The position numbers and the translations under genes were made by a program. Below the pieces are notes generated by a model. The model did no database searches. It was given only the letters and a program-made list of their open reading frames with translations, and was not told where the DNA came from. From Cirrosporium novae-zelandiae (taxonomy: Eukaryota), in NCBI GenBank assembly GCA_026023565.1, contig JAPETS010000003.1, positions 372,001 to 436,000 of the forward strand: 64,000 nt of DNA, given 5' to 3'. Below, piece after piece: positions 37,050 to 50,912 of this stretch (within the stretch, counting starts at the first letter, position 1; the number at the start of each line of letters is the position of its first letter).

Positions 37050-38630
37050 ATGTCATTCTTTAGTAACTTTGACAAAAAAGGCCCACCAGCCAAACCCAAA
37101 GTCCAGATCCGGACTGTGAAGACCACGGTCAAGAAGAGCACCACATCTACGACCACGAAGCCGCAGCTTCCAAAGAACAGCACCCCGAAAGTGCCCTCAC
37201 GGTCGCAAAGCCGAGTTGCCTCTACCTCCCTTTCCAGATCCAAACCTTCGTCCCACCTGAGCCCAAGCGAGACACCCTCATCACACCCTAAACGTATTGT
37301 CCGTCGCAAGCGAGCGCAAGCTGCCCCGGTTCATTTTGCTTCTAGTAGTGATGACGATGAGAGCGATGACTCTTCGACTTCACGGTCTAGGAAGAGGACC
37401 AAGACGAGCGTGAGCGTGGAGCCGGATGTCAATAGGCGTTTGCGTAGTGAAGCTGCGTTTGCGTCAGAGGATGGAGACAAAGCTTTGAAAATGGTCCACG
37501 CGGTTGATGTGGTACATCATGAGAAAGCTAAAAAATACGTGCCGCTATTTGGGTCTACGACTGAAGGTGCTGAAATTCGGCTGCAATATCCAAGTGCTAC
37601 GAAATCTGAAAGGTGTGTTGTGTCTCTTTAGGCTGCAACGCTAGTTTGCTTATATGTATACAGATATCCGGTTGTTAAGCCTCATGACCACGACGACTTC
37701 AGTCCGATTGAGGATATAATTCATACTATTGAATTAACTCTTGATCTCTATCTACCAGAAAGCGAGTCAGCGGAGCTACTCGATGGTTCGAAAGGTCTAC
37801 CACGTCGGCTACGACGAGCATTAACACACGACTCAGAAACTGATTTTAGGGATGCCGTTGAGGAGTATAACAAACTCATTAGGAAGTATAGACTAAATGG
37901 GGTTGTCGCAAAGGTCCTCGACGAAATGCATACTCCACCCCTTCCTCTTGTCGAACGAATTCTGACGCAGATCTATTCACGAACCGTATCCCCTCGGGTT
38001 GGAAAACTGAGGCAGTATGAGAATGGCACAGATAACGTGTACGGGGAACTACTACCAAGATTTATTTCCGAATTCTTCAAAGAGACGGGCCTCCAGTCGC
38101 ATCATACTTTTATTGACCTCGGCTCGGGTGTCGCAAATGTTATTCTTCAGGCTGCTCTCGAAATCGGGTGCAAGAGTTACGGCTGCGAAATGATGGATAA
38201 TGCGTGCGATCTTGCAGAGCTTCAAGAAGCAGAATTTAAGGCACGGTGCCGGCTCTGGGGTATTAAACCAGGGCCAGTCCACCTCGAAAGAGGGGATTTT
38301 TTGACGAATACTGCCATTGGAAAGGTCTTACAGAAGGCTGATGTTGTCCTGGTCAACAATCAAGCATTCACGCCAAAGTTGAATGATGCTTTGATGAATT
38401 TATTCCTTGACCTAAAGGAGGGATGCCAGATTGTGTCCCTGAGATCTTTTGTTCCCGTCGATCATAAGATTACGGCCAGAAATCTTAACTCTCCAGTCAA
38501 TCTATTGGAGGTTCGATCTAAACAGTACTGGTCAGACTATGTGAGCTGGACAGATGCTGGGGGGACGTATTTCATAGCTCGGAAGGATAGTTCAAAGCTC
38601 AGGGAATTTGCGAAGCGCGATAATTTATAA
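37050..38630 (+). CDS. DOT1: Histone H3-K79 methyltransferase Dot1; 2 exons
   Basis: [52 protein letters not shown] before intron at about 37613-37663. Confidence 0.96.
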
Positions 38631-38881
38631 GATATCCGGCGTTGTACGGAAATGGGAAGGCCCCAAAAAGGTTCAGTATATAAATTGGCGCTTCAGGAAA
38701 CTGAACTCTTAATCGGAGTCAGTATTGTTGGTTTAACTCTGTGGTATTGGGCCGGGTATGAATATCGATGTACAAGGTCCATATTATGAGGCGCCTCTTT
38801 GATTGGAAGTCTTGGGTCCAATCATGGAGATTGGTAGGGCATATAAATGAGTATCCAAAATATAGAATGTTAGATCCACAC

Positions 38882-39605
38882 TTATTGCATTTGCTTGTTC
38901 ATTGCATCTGCTTCCTGACCTATTCGGACCATCCATCGGTCGATAAGCTCCTTGTTCTCCTGTTGTAGTTTCTTTGATTTTTCTTCCGCCATGTTGAGCT
39001 GTAGATTTAGGGTGACCGTTTCATCTTGTAAATCCTAGTTATCCAAATCGTCAGCCAAAACCCAAACATCAAGTGTAACCTAGTCTGACCTCGAGTAGTT
39101 TAGCTTTCCCTCGTAGTTCTTCCTGCACATCCCGAAGTCGTACAGATAAATTGTTTCTGTCGGCAGTTAAATTTTGGATTCTTTTAGCATCAACCTTTGA
39201 TTTTGTTTTCGATCTCTCAAGTTCCTCTGTTGTTGCTTTTAGTCTAGCCTGTGTCTCTGCTTTGGTTCGCTGGGCTTCGATAAGATCGTGCCTAATTTTT
39301 GCCAACGAGTCTTCAGAGGCAGGTAGGGTATTTTGTCTCTTGGGGGCCTTCAAAGAGCCACTAGCACTTGGATTTATCGACTTTGTTCCCTGATCGTTGT
39401 CTGGTGCTGAAGATTTGGTTGCAGATTCTAAATTAGCAGCTCTATCTGCTAATGCGGTATCTGAAACGCAAATACGATCAGTTATCTCATTATTTTCTAT
39501 GACGGTAGCAGAAGACTTACAGGCGTTAAACGTTTTGAGGTTCGCCTTCTCTATTTCATCTCGAACCTCAAGTGCAGCAAGATATTCCGACGTCCATGAA
39601 GCCAT
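38882..39605 (-). CDS. ATG16: Autophagy protein Atg16 (coiled coil); 3 exons
   Basis: [57 protein letters not shown]...[21 protein letters not shown]. Confidence 0.9.
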
Positions 39606-40313
39606 TTTGCGCAAGGTGGGGAGGGATTTAGGTATGGTTGGAGTTGAAATGACGTGAAGCTTAGTGGTGCATGAACCTAACGAACCGAGGCAACAACAAA
39701 TGTGAGTCTATTAAAAGAACATTTGCTCAGTCTCATCAGTTCATTCACCACCGACAAAGGTCATATCTAAATACCAATCTTTGAAATTACAAGGTAACAC
39801 AACCGGGTGTCAAATATCCATGGCAAGGATGTTGGAAACGAGTGAGGGCACTCAACAGTTAGAACGCCAACTCATCGACCAAATACTCTGGGACTTCCAA
39901 ATCCGAGCCAATAGCTTTTCAATACCCCTAAATAATATTCTCTTCAATGTTATATCTAAATTACTTCCCTATATCAAATATGGGCGACTGTCATATTTTC
40001 CCACTGTCAATCGTAGATACCTAGGTAGTGTAATGGAACTGCTGTGTGGTTACCTTGCTTGACTTGTGGTTTCCTCATTAGACTAGTATAGAAATAGAAC
40101 TTCACTTCTTACTACACACATACAAATTGACCCTTCATTTTTACAAGGTGTGTACTATCCTTAACTTATATTTCACCGCTTTGTATATATCCTATGTTCA
40201 ATAATCCGCTGATGGTGGAAATTGAGAATATTTTTCTACAATAGCCTAAACCGATACAGTTCACTGCGCGGAGAATTCAGGGAGACCAATCAAAAAGATT
40301 ATGCACCTGCATT

Positions 40314-42152
40314 TTAAAAAACATCTTTCATTGCCTCATTTGCCATTATCCTGACATGCTTCTGTCCCTGACTCAAGCCAGGCTCGTTTTCATCAAAGGG
40401 CTCAAGCCCAATTGCCCTTCTACCTTCTAGAGAGATGATGTTTTCTTCTCGTGCGCCGTGGTCATCGTGCTGTGCTTCTACTTCGTATGGCCCACCTAGG
40501 TCCATATAAAAGTCTGGTGGCGGCAAAACCTCATGGAAGGCCTTTCGCATTCGTTTCATGTTCTCTATATTGTAGGGGCAAAGAGGGACGCTCGCATTGA
40601 AGAACACCTTTATTTTTTGAGTTTAAATGAGATTATAAAGGATAGGATTCGAATACCACTTACGCTGGAGTCTTCCTTCCCATTGTGTTGGGTTTCGACC
40701 TCGTGTGCCAAGTCGCAATGCCAGTACAAGTAATCTCCTGTGAGGTCTAGGTTAGTTAAATTCACTCGCACAATGGTTATTCAGTTGAACATACCCGGAT
40801 GTACAGTCGGAGCGCTGATCATGGTTTGGTCTTGCCGAAGATGCGGATGATATTTTGTTGTAGGAAAAAATTGGCCTCTGCTTGGTGTTGCGCCAGGGAA
40901 AGTGGGCTGGGTTGTGTCAAATCTTTCTTCCAAGAAGAATGGTCGAAGCATCATATATGCAACACTTGCTTTGAGACTAGGAAGGAGGCGAATTGTTCCC
41001 TCTCCTGGGCCGCAATTACTTAAGCTGAGCCAGCCTTGCATTGCTCGAAACGCCGAACAGCCTCCTTGCTTTTGGTAAAGATTTACCTATTTTTGCTCGT
41101 CAGATGGCTGTAGGGTTAGAAGAGAGGCATGGGGACATTACATACCTTTGCATCTGGGCGGTTATCCATGCACCAAGGATCAAAGTCTTCCCACTCCCCT
41201 TTAAAGATGGCCTCATAATTTGATCGATATTTAGGATCCTCCCATCGTTCAATAGCAGAGCTGTCGAGATGCGCCTTGAGAAAGTATCCCCTATCCCCTA
41301 GAATTTGTGAGTATAGATTTTTTGGCAGTATTATGATCTTGTTCAAGTCAAATTCTAGCTATGCATAACAATGCAAACCTCAAAGAAGGCCAAGACCGTG
41401 ATATACTTTATAGAAATTGGAACCGTGATAGCCCTATGATGCATGCTAACATCTGATAACTCCTGATAGATCTCTTGGTGGTTCTACGATTCATAATAAG
41501 ATATTTACTTGCCTGCTTTCCGAATGCGGAATCTATCTGCATAATGAACTTGAGAGCTCATGTCAATTGGAAGACTTTCGTCATCGACATGCCATAGCTT
41601 CATAACAGAACCCATTGCCTTGAGGATTTCCGGGTGTGAACGTGCCTGCATTTGAGGTCGTGTCCAATAAAGCAACCAGAATGTGGGATCATTCAGAGGC
41701 TTTCCCCCCACGGCTCGGTGCCTCTCCGTATATTCCTTGAGCTCTTTCTTCCAATCAAGCGCCTGCTTTTCGGATACAACGCCTCTGAACAGAATACATC
41801 CCGCATGGCGGGCTCTCTCTGCAATGTTCGCAGGAATTATTTCGCCTAACTTAGATCAGTTAAGTCCGTGTGTCGAGGAGAAGGGCAATTTGGATGAACC
41901 ATTTGCCTTGACGTCAGCCCACGAGACTTCGGGAATAGCTGATTGTTTCTCTCTACTGAGACGTTCCACTTCAACTTCTAATTTCTGCTTAAGACGCTCG
42001 TACGAATTTATAACAGCAGCCTCATCCTCAGGCTTAACAATTTCCCTTTTGAGTGTCGCAAAACGCTTATCAAGAAGAGGTGGAGACGCCGCCGTCGGAG
42101 CACTGATGGTTGGTGTAGCCTCCGTGACAGTGGTAACAATAGAGGTAGCCAT
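40314..42152 (-). CDS. DUF1479 (YbiU/Gig2-like) putative 2OG-Fe(II)-type oxidoreductase; multi-exon
   Basis: RFATLKREI, YWTRPQMQARSHP, YADRFRIR, AHLDSSAIERWED, FRAMQGWLSLS, YWHCDLAHEVE, PPPDF. Confidence 0.88.
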
Positions 42153-42443
42153 GTGTAATACCACGACGAAGATATATTGGCTATCGAATGACTTTGGTTA
42201 ACGGTCGATAGGAAATATTCTGTTGTTCAAGTCTTTTAATAGCAAGTGAGATGGACAAATTGCCCCATTATCTCTTAAGATTAATCGAATTATTTTATAG
42301 CTGTCAGGCTAGCCATGGAATGTTGGCCACGGAGCTCGAGCTGCACCCAAATCCATATCTTCTCCGACCGCGTCGTAAAAATAGCGGGGTAACAACGGAG
42401 AAAGCGAGAAACTCCGCTAGAGATAAGAAACGAGTATTTAAAT

Positions 42444-42600
42444 ACTTTCGATGAGTAGAAATGAAAGCGACGAGACTCAAAGGTGGAATTAGAAAAGTGA
42501 TCTTGGGAAGGTCTTGAAAGAAAAACTAGCCTTCAACAATAATTCAACTTGAAGGCCTCCCTAAGGTCACTTTTTTGGGTTCGTTTGTTTTGGGTCTGGA
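42444..42600. mobile_element. MITE-like element, copy 2 (diverged, lacking right terminus)
   Basis: ACTTTCGATGAGTAGAAATGAAAGCGACGAGAC matches copy 1 ACTTTCGACGGGTAGAAATGAAAGCGGCCAGAC; internal hairpin gtgatcttgggaaggtcttgaa / ttgaaggcctccctaaggtcac. Confidence 0.6.
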
Positions 42601-43860
42601 GTCAGAAAATCCTACTGTACTGTACAACGAGAGGATGGACCAGAAGGTTATCATTCTTGGCCGAAGTAATTGTAGCGATACAATTAAATAGTAGCCTCTA
42701 TTGGTTTATACATGATGCTAGTAGATACAATCCTCCATCTGGAGCCTTGAAACACATAGGGTCATGAGTGAGCATTATGATTCCCCACCACAGCTATAAT
42801 ATCCTCTCTTGAGTCGCCAGAGTTAGTGAAAGAGAGGCCCTTCATAGTTGTTAGGAATATTCTTCCTCATTTTTATTAGCGCTCTTGATTTTAGCTTCGA
42901 TAACGGCCAGTCTCTATCCTTATGACGATGCTTCTCAGTCGTAAGTGCTGATATCAGATCTTAATATTATATCATAGGCCAGTAGTAGTCTAGAGTCAGC
43001 CCATTACAGCAGTTTGCAGACCACCATGGGTTACCTATTTCGGATGGTAGCCAGCAGTCATTTCCACCCTCTTGGTAGCCCGTAGGATCCGGAACTGCCA
43101 ATGTAGGTGTGGTGATGGATGGTCTCGTAGTAAGCTCAACAGGTTGGAAAATTTGGAGAAGAGTGGTTACTTGTTACCCTTATTATGATTATTGCTCTCA
43201 TTGCAATGGTTGTCCAGAATTTGACCTATGGCTTTTGGCATCTAGTAATCGATTTTAAGCGACTGGGGGGTTAGCAACTCTTGTGTCGATAATTAATATT
43301 TATCTGGCTCTTTTCGTTCCTGAGTTTAGTGGATGGTAGGAATTTAGACTTTCGGGCGGAAGGTTCCGGCAAGGAAACTCAAGCGGTATCGGGCTCACGG
43401 CATCAGTGCAAGGATCACTCTTGTTCAGACCCTGGAATGCAGTAAGCAAATGCATCTTCTTGAAGGGTGATCCCCAAAAGTGGTTTGATATATCCAACAT
43501 TAACTAAGAGAGATGGCAGAACAAAGACATCCTCGTGCAGCCTTATAGCGTCATACTCATAGGTACCTACAGCCTACCGAGGATTAAAGGAATCAGAGTG
43601 ATCATCATGTTCAATAATCAAAACATTACGTTATGCTTTAAAGGATTAATTGCTTTTTCTTTGTTCTTGGACTGGGGTTGACAGAACCCACTTGAACCCG
43701 AAATTGGAAGTCAGATAGACTGTCAGCATCGTGAAACTTTAGTTTGGCTTCAATAATATATATACACGTTCCTAACTGACAGTGTTACGAGCTTAGAGAT
43801 ATTCTGATAGTTGCTTATAGCTACTTAGTCATTCTTTTTCTACAATCACTCTCCTTCGCC

Positions 43861-44460
43861 ATGTTTGGAGCTGCATATCTTTATACCTGTTGTCTGGCTT
43901 TTGCCTCTATCGCTCTCGCAGCCTCTTCTAACGAGTCATCTCTAGTGGCTACCGCTCTTGTGACTAACAGTCAAAACCACACTGCCATAGAGTGCTGGAA
44001 GTTTACTCCACCGTTCACCGCGTCTTCCTCTTCTGGAACATCTGGAGCTCTTACCTTTAACTTTGAGGACCTCGCAAACGCGACTTATACCGTTATCCCT
44101 GGGCGTTTCAATGGCGGACAGCACAATGCGCCTCATCCACAGTATTTCAATTTTCCATTCACCTGCAGGCCCAAATTGTAAGAACTGACATGACCCCGTA
44201 GGTTGGTCGCCTTCTTCTCGGGAATGGCGCATATAACTCTTCCAGACAGTTCAGACAGTTCAGACGAGGCATGGATACTTGGAGGGGCCAATGGATTGAT
44301 TGTAGCCGTCGATACTACTGGCAGCGGTCATATTACAACATATCCTTCGGATGAACAGACAATAGCATTGCAAATTGCTTTTGCTGGAGAAGCGATACCA
44401 CCTCATACGGTTCTCAAAACTGGTGCCTGTGAAGTTTCATCTCAAATCATCTCTAATTAG
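43861..44460 (+). CDS. Small secreted cupin-like protein; 2 exons
   Basis: Signal peptide; AIECWK, GQHNAPHPQ/LVAFFSGMAHITLP, GGANGLIVAVDTTGSGHITTYPS; intron about 44143-44201. Confidence 0.8.
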
Positions 44461-44840
44461 ATGGATATATACTGTGTCTGTTGTTGATAACAGCAAGGTC
44501 GAGTCTTTCGGCGTGTTGGGATAAATAGAGACCTAGACGAGAGACGGCTTACAGTAGGCTACTTCACAGTACTTTAAAGTACAGTAATTACCACACAATA
44601 CCACAAGCGGGGAACGTTAATTTTCAACGGCGAAATGACATTGCTCAAGCTTCTAAGAAATCACGTCATACTTTCAAGCACGCTCTGAGAAGGTAATAGA
44701 CCTGCATCCTTGATATTCGTCTTGTCATACCTGGGTACCTAGGTATTTACTTATTTTTCAATACTGGAAGGCCTTTCAACTTCCTCTGAATTTTCCTTTC
44801 TCTTGCTCATTCATCTTATATTCCCTAAATAGCTTCCATA

Positions 44841-45535
44841 ATGTCTGTTGCCCCAAACATCGAAGCTGCTAATCTGCAGTATGCCTCAAAGTTCCAGAAA
44901 GGGCATCTCCCCCTCCCGCCATCTAAGTATCTGCTATCCAGTTCCCAATATGGTCCTAGAGACATCCATTAACAAATATATAGGAAAGTCGCAATCATCG
45001 CCTGCATGGATGCTCGCCTAGGTTCGTCATGAGCCAGTTTATAAAATTCATCTCAGGCTATCTATTTGTGATGCATGCTCACTGCAATCCTGTCCCTGGG
45101 CAGACCCAGCTCGCGCTCTTGGTCTAGAGGAGGGTGATGCACATGTGATTCGCAATGCTGGTGGACGTGCCGTGGATGCTATCCGCAGCCTCATAATCTC
45201 CCAGCATTTATTAGGAACTAGGGAAATAATAATCCTTCACCACGTGTGTCCAGATTATCTAGCCCTGTTTCCATCGAAATAATCTACTCGAATGCCGCTA
45301 ACCGTCTTAGACTGATTGTGGTATGCTCGCCTTTACCGATTCCGCCCTTCACGACAAGATTTACAGTGACACTGGCTTATCCATAAACGATATGTCCTTC
45401 TACCCGTTCCGAGATGTACGAGAGAGTGTACTCGAGGATATTGAATTCTTAAAAGCACATCCACTTCTAATAGAGAAGTTAATCACAGGGTATATATATG
45501 ACGTGAAGACGGGAAAGATTGAGAAGGTAAAGTAA
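44841..45535 (+). CDS. Beta-class carbonic anhydrase (clade D-like); 4 exons
   Basis: [37 protein letters not shown] (Zn ligands Cys, His, Cys), [11 protein letters not shown]. An alternative spliced end at about 45623 is possible. Confidence 0.9.
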
Positions 45536-46998
45536 CAACCCCTGAATTTTGATTCTAATGTTAACACTTCTATCGAAGGTTGAGCAAGAGATGTCCAAGA
45601 TAGGACAGGAGGTAGACCAATAAACGCATGGAAATAAGATGGTTATCGGAAACTGATGCTAGCCATAATCTCACATCGATGCATGTGTGCTTATGGATCT
45701 CGCATAATAATTCAACGATGCATTAATAAAAAACCCTTGAATTTATAATTGTATTATATCTATTGTGTGCATCCGAGCGTCCATTTAATCTTTCAAGTCC
45801 CTTCCTCGGTCCATGATCTTTATGTGCTATAACCGTAAACTCCGTTGTCTGGTGTGGAGGTATGTGGTTGCAACCTCGAGGTGGCAATATTTTGCAAGTA
45901 ACCCGAATACGTGTAGTAATCCAGCTGACAACGCTCCCATATTCACGCAAGGATATCTCAGTGATGTTAATGTCGTGTCGAAAGGTATTATAGGATGGGT
46001 ATGTACGAGCAAGAAGGGAGTGGACCTATAAATGAATCAAGGCGCATTATCTAGAAGAAGTAAGTTCTATTGCACTATATGGATTATACGAAGAAGCTCA
46101 TTAAAGCCAAAAAAAAAAACGAAGAGACGTTGGTTCAATTTCGAGGCCTTGTGATTAATGAAATGTTGGGCATCTATAACCTGTTTGGTTGGGGGTTGGC
46201 GATGAAATTAATTGGTGGAGAAAGGCACGATTTCTTTTAGAGAGATGGGCGGGATCTGCCTCGTGTCAGAGGGGTAAATCTGCCCACCCAGGTCAAGATG
46301 CGGTCTGTGGGTGATAGTGAAGACAGCTTATCTAAAATTACTTACTTAGACAGTATATAGTTAGCGTAGATAGCCTCTCGTACAAAGCTTTTCTATCTAC
46401 CCTCTCGATTTGGAGATACATTAATCAAACACTCTGATCCAATAATTTTTCTCGTGGATATTCTAAATACACCGATCGTGTTGTTGATTTGATGGACGTT
46501 CTAACGTTCCAACGTCCCCCGCCCCTCTTTGGGCTCCCTAAGAGGCAGCCACTTAATGGATGCGACGGATCCCCATCACCCGCATCGGCGATATTTACAA
46601 CAAGGGTTAGAGAGAGAAGCTTGATAGATGATTACCCCTGCGCCTCCGTTCATAAGTTATTGAATCATTATGCAGGTACACATATGTTTCTCGGATGTCG
46701 GCCTTCTTCCAACCTCAACCAGGCACTCCGATTCTTCATCTTTTAATTTCGAGTGCCACTATTGGGAAAATAGCCAATGTTAGATACGCAACTGAGCACG
46801 CTTTCTACCCTGTACCATCTTTAAGCCGGAGAGATGATCCTGTTCCAAGATGAATGCCGATAGTCCCACCGTGTTGTTCTTGATAGTCTGTGTCCAGTTC
46901 TGGTATATATTAATCCAACATCCCCAACACTCTCTCTCCTTTCTGGCGTAAGCATCTTCGTCGTTGCCAACAACGATCAATTCGTTTCCCTCGTTATA

Positions 46999-48179
46999 AT
47001 GGCTCTATCATTCATCGCTTCGGTTTTCCTCGTGTCGGGAGCTATCCATTCTGCTTCTGCGACACCCATCGCGTCTTCCTTCAAGGCTAAGCGGAGTACC
47101 ATTCCTGATTATGCACTGACATATGCCCCGTACTCCCACCTTTGGAGCGAAGAAGAATGGTGGCCTTCGGACATCGCAACACACGTTGAGCATGTTACTC
47201 CAGAAGTAGATTATGTCGCTGTTGCTTCAAGTGTTACTCTTGAGGATTTGGATACTTTTTCCACTGACACATATCTCACTTCGAATGACAATGTCGAGGA
47301 CAATCCGGCTTGGCTGCTATCTGCGGAGAACGAGCCTGATGATGATGGATATAGTGCAGCGCCTGCGACAATCATTTGTTCAGACAAAACTGACTATGTG
47401 GATTGCTTTTATTTCTATTTCTATTCATACAATCATGGGAATAAGTATGACATCACACTCTCATGGGCGTTGTTCCTCGGGCTGACCAGTATGTACAGAT
47501 TCCTCGGAACTCGCTATGGTAACCATGTGGGTGACTGGGAGCATACTATGGTATTTGGCAACAGATCCTGAATAAGCATATTTCGATCCCACTAACGGTT
47601 TCGCAGGTACGATTTGTAGACGGCTCTCCAGAGTACATATATCTCTCTGCCCATGACAGCGGCACCGCATATACCTATTCTGCTCTCACGCAAACGGATA
47701 ACCGTGCCACGACGTACATCGCCGGGGGATCCCACGCAAACTATGTCTCTGCGGGTAAACAAGACTATGTAGCGGCGCTTCTTGGAACACTTTCTGATAC
47801 CACTGATTCTGGTCCATATTGGGATGTCACTGCCAACTATCGCGGGTAAGCAGCTCAATGCAAGCTTCTTTTAATGCAAGGCGGTCGCTGATTAAAATTT
47901 TCATCTGATAGCTTCTGGTACGATGCGGATTCGGAAACATTCACTAGCGCTGGAGGAGCAGATATCGGAGCAACAGAACAAACAACAGAGGGTGTTAGCT
48001 GGCTTTCTTGGCTTGGGCATTGGGGTGATGAGCAGTATAAAACTTCAGACTCAAGACAGAGCTGCCTCGTCGGGGAATGCCATTACGTTAGTGGACCAAC
48101 GGGGCCCTTTAACAAGAATTTGGGGCGAACAGCGGTGTGTGAGGATGAGGATGATTGCACGATTGAGAGTTCGATTTGA
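46999..48179 (+). CDS. Secreted Vps62-like protein; 4 exons
   Basis: Signal peptide plus KR, IPDYALTYAP, FYFYFYSYNHG, YGNHVGDWEHTM/VRFVDGSP..IYLSAH, GGSHANY, WLGHWGDEQY, GPTGPLNKNLGRTAVC. Confidence 0.85.
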
Positions 48180-49310
48180 GGTGACGGTATTAGCCATAGT
48201 GGCGAACAAATCCAAAGTGCTATTCAATACCCCAAGTGTATAGGATGGGATTTCAGTTTCAGGCCTTGGCGAGTCATGTATAATAATTTTGACAACATAA
48301 ATAAAACAATGTAGGAATTTCCAAGCATGATGTCCAAGGACAAGTGCAAGCAGCGATAGATAACTCGAGGAGTCGAGGATGGCAGTTCTTAATTTAGAGG
48401 AAAGGAACAAGGACTGTGAGTTTGCCATCCTTAACTTTGTTTTTTTGTGTGCTTATGTTGATTAGAGTTGTCGAGTGAGGATCCTCATAGTCTACGAGTA
48501 ACTAAAGAGTGACCATCATAGTAAGCAGTAAGTAAGATATTAGCCTCTGGTGAAACATACATTCGGAGCGATGAGGTGAGCACAACTCTCCTTGAATACC
48601 TAGGCACCAGGCAGCAGGCGCCACTTTTTTGTTGTTTTGTCTTCTTTTTTATTTTCATTTTCCCGAACGTGTCAATGGCACCCGATGCATGTACCCGTGC
48701 GGTCCTGACCAGAAACATTTGGTGTCAGAGGATGGAGGATATATCGTGTAAGCTTACGGAGCTTACATGTACAGGTACTTACCCTCCCTACGATGGACCA
48801 TAGACTATGCACGGGCGGATGGATATAACGTTGAACTCTCCTTCTAGCCTCTGGGCTCAGCTTTAAACCTAATCAGTCGTTGCTTGCGACTTATGCATTT
48901 TTTAGCCCCCAAGTCAAGTTGTTCGCTGGCATTGATCACTGATAACTCCACACAATGTCCAGGGATTTGATCAAACCTCCTTCATCCTTCGTCCTCTCTC
49001 ACCCACATACTAAACAGGTGACGAAGATCGTCCGAGCACATCGATGGGTAGACAGGGTGATTAGAGCCCAAAACTCCGTTAATTCCATAATCCCATAAGT
49101 CCAGAGGAGGATGCGTGGAAAAGAAAGCGAGTGCTCGAGTGGGTGGCAGGCAGGCATGGCGACAGGGAAAAAAGCTATAAGAATGAGCCCAGTCCATACC
49201 TCTCCTCCCCTCTCTTCTTCTCCTCCATCCACACTCCCCACAACAACATCTTGATATTGTAATCTATCTCTCCTCAAGTTTCATACTCACATCTAAACAC
49301 ACTTCCCAAA

Positions 49311-50356
49311 ATGGCTCCATCCATGGTTGACTACCGAGCGCCCTCGCTCTTTCAACCCCACCGAGCTCGTCAAGCCATTCTTGATGCTCACACTGGAAAG
49401 ATCCCACCCCTTTTGGGTCTCTATCTCGGTCTGAGCACCGTGCAGACGGCTAGGTTCATGGCCCCGATGGGCTTCGACATGGTGTGGGTTGATTGGGAGC
49501 ACTCAGCCTGCGATGTCGAGACCATGACAACCATGTGCCACGAAATCATGTTCATGAGCGAAGGCAAAACAATACCATTTGTTCGGTAAGAGGAGTCAAG
49601 CCAACCCTCCATCACCACCTCATCCATCCCACCCTCTTACTAACCCCTACCCCCAGTGTCCCCGGCCACGACCACGCCGCCATCGGCTTCGCCCTAGACT
49701 GCGGCGCCAGCATCGTAATCCCGCAACTTGAAACCGTCGAACAAGCAAAACACGTCGTCTCCTCCGCAAAATTCGGCACCAAGCAAAACGGCACCCGATC
49801 CGCGCCCCCCTTCCGCTTCATCCCCGGTCTAACTGACACCTGCATCGACCAGTCCCGAGGAATCCACGAGAACCTCAACGACCAGGCCGCCATCATGGTG
49901 CAGATCGAAACCCTCCAGGGGATTCACAACTTGGATGCCATTCTGACTGAGGTTCCCGATATCGATATCGTGTGGCTGGGTACGCTGGATGCCCGTGTTT
50001 CGATGAATTTGCCTGCAAATGGCGGCATGGGGGGCACGGAGAAGGAGTGGGTTGATGCGGTCGCGGAGTACGAGCGCGTGCTCACGAAACACAACAAGCC
50101 CCGTGCTGGGTTCGCGTTCGGCCCCAGTGGGAAGCAGTTGGCGGCGGAGAAATCACTTATCGTTATCTCGTCTGATGTCATGACGTTGATGGCATGCATG
50201 GGCGATTTGGCAAATGGTCGGGAGAACTATACGGGCAAGTATAAGACCATGGAAGTGATCAATGGGGTAGCCAAAGAGGAAGAGGAGACTACTTCTACCA
50301 AGGAGGAGATTGTCAACGGTGCTCCTAAGGTTAACAATGCAGTTAATTCGCAGTGA
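49311..50356 (+). CDS. HpcH/HpaI aldolase-family protein; 2 exons
   Basis: GFDMVWVDWEHS, PFVR/VPGHD, ALDCGASIVIPQLETVEQA, MVQIETLQGIHNLDAIL, IDIVWLGTLDAR. Confidence 0.9.
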
Positions 50357-50912
50357 CAACCATTGCGCATGCTATGAATGGATCATAAATCAATCGCCTA
50401 ACTTGTCTGGGAGGGAGGTGACCCGGTTACGGTCTTGATGTTTATTTATTTACGACTACCGGCGGGGGAGGCGGGGAACAGAGGGGGGCTATCGGCTAGA
50501 TGCTAGAAAAAGACTGCTCTTGCAAAAGGAATGACTTGGATGATTGTCTATTAGATGCACAATATAATTCTCTTACATTTCTCACCTGACTAAGATTTTC
50601 AATTTGCTTTTTTTTCCTAGGTATTATAATTCATTGGTTGGTTAGGCCCTTTCCTATATTCAAGTGCACCCTCCCCTCCTCCGTTCCATTCCTCCCAAAA
50701 CCCCTCACACCCTCAACCCACCGTCCATCTATCTCGGATATCCACCTCAGCCACACGAGAAGACTTTCATCACGGTGATTACCAAGAGCAGAGCCAGAAG
50801 CAGTTGGGGGTAGGGATTGTAGACGACGCTGAACCTGGACCATAGTCTTGGAAACGAGAAACATTGGATTGAATAGCAGCAGGGAAACTAGCAGAAGAGA
50901 GAACAGGAGTAA

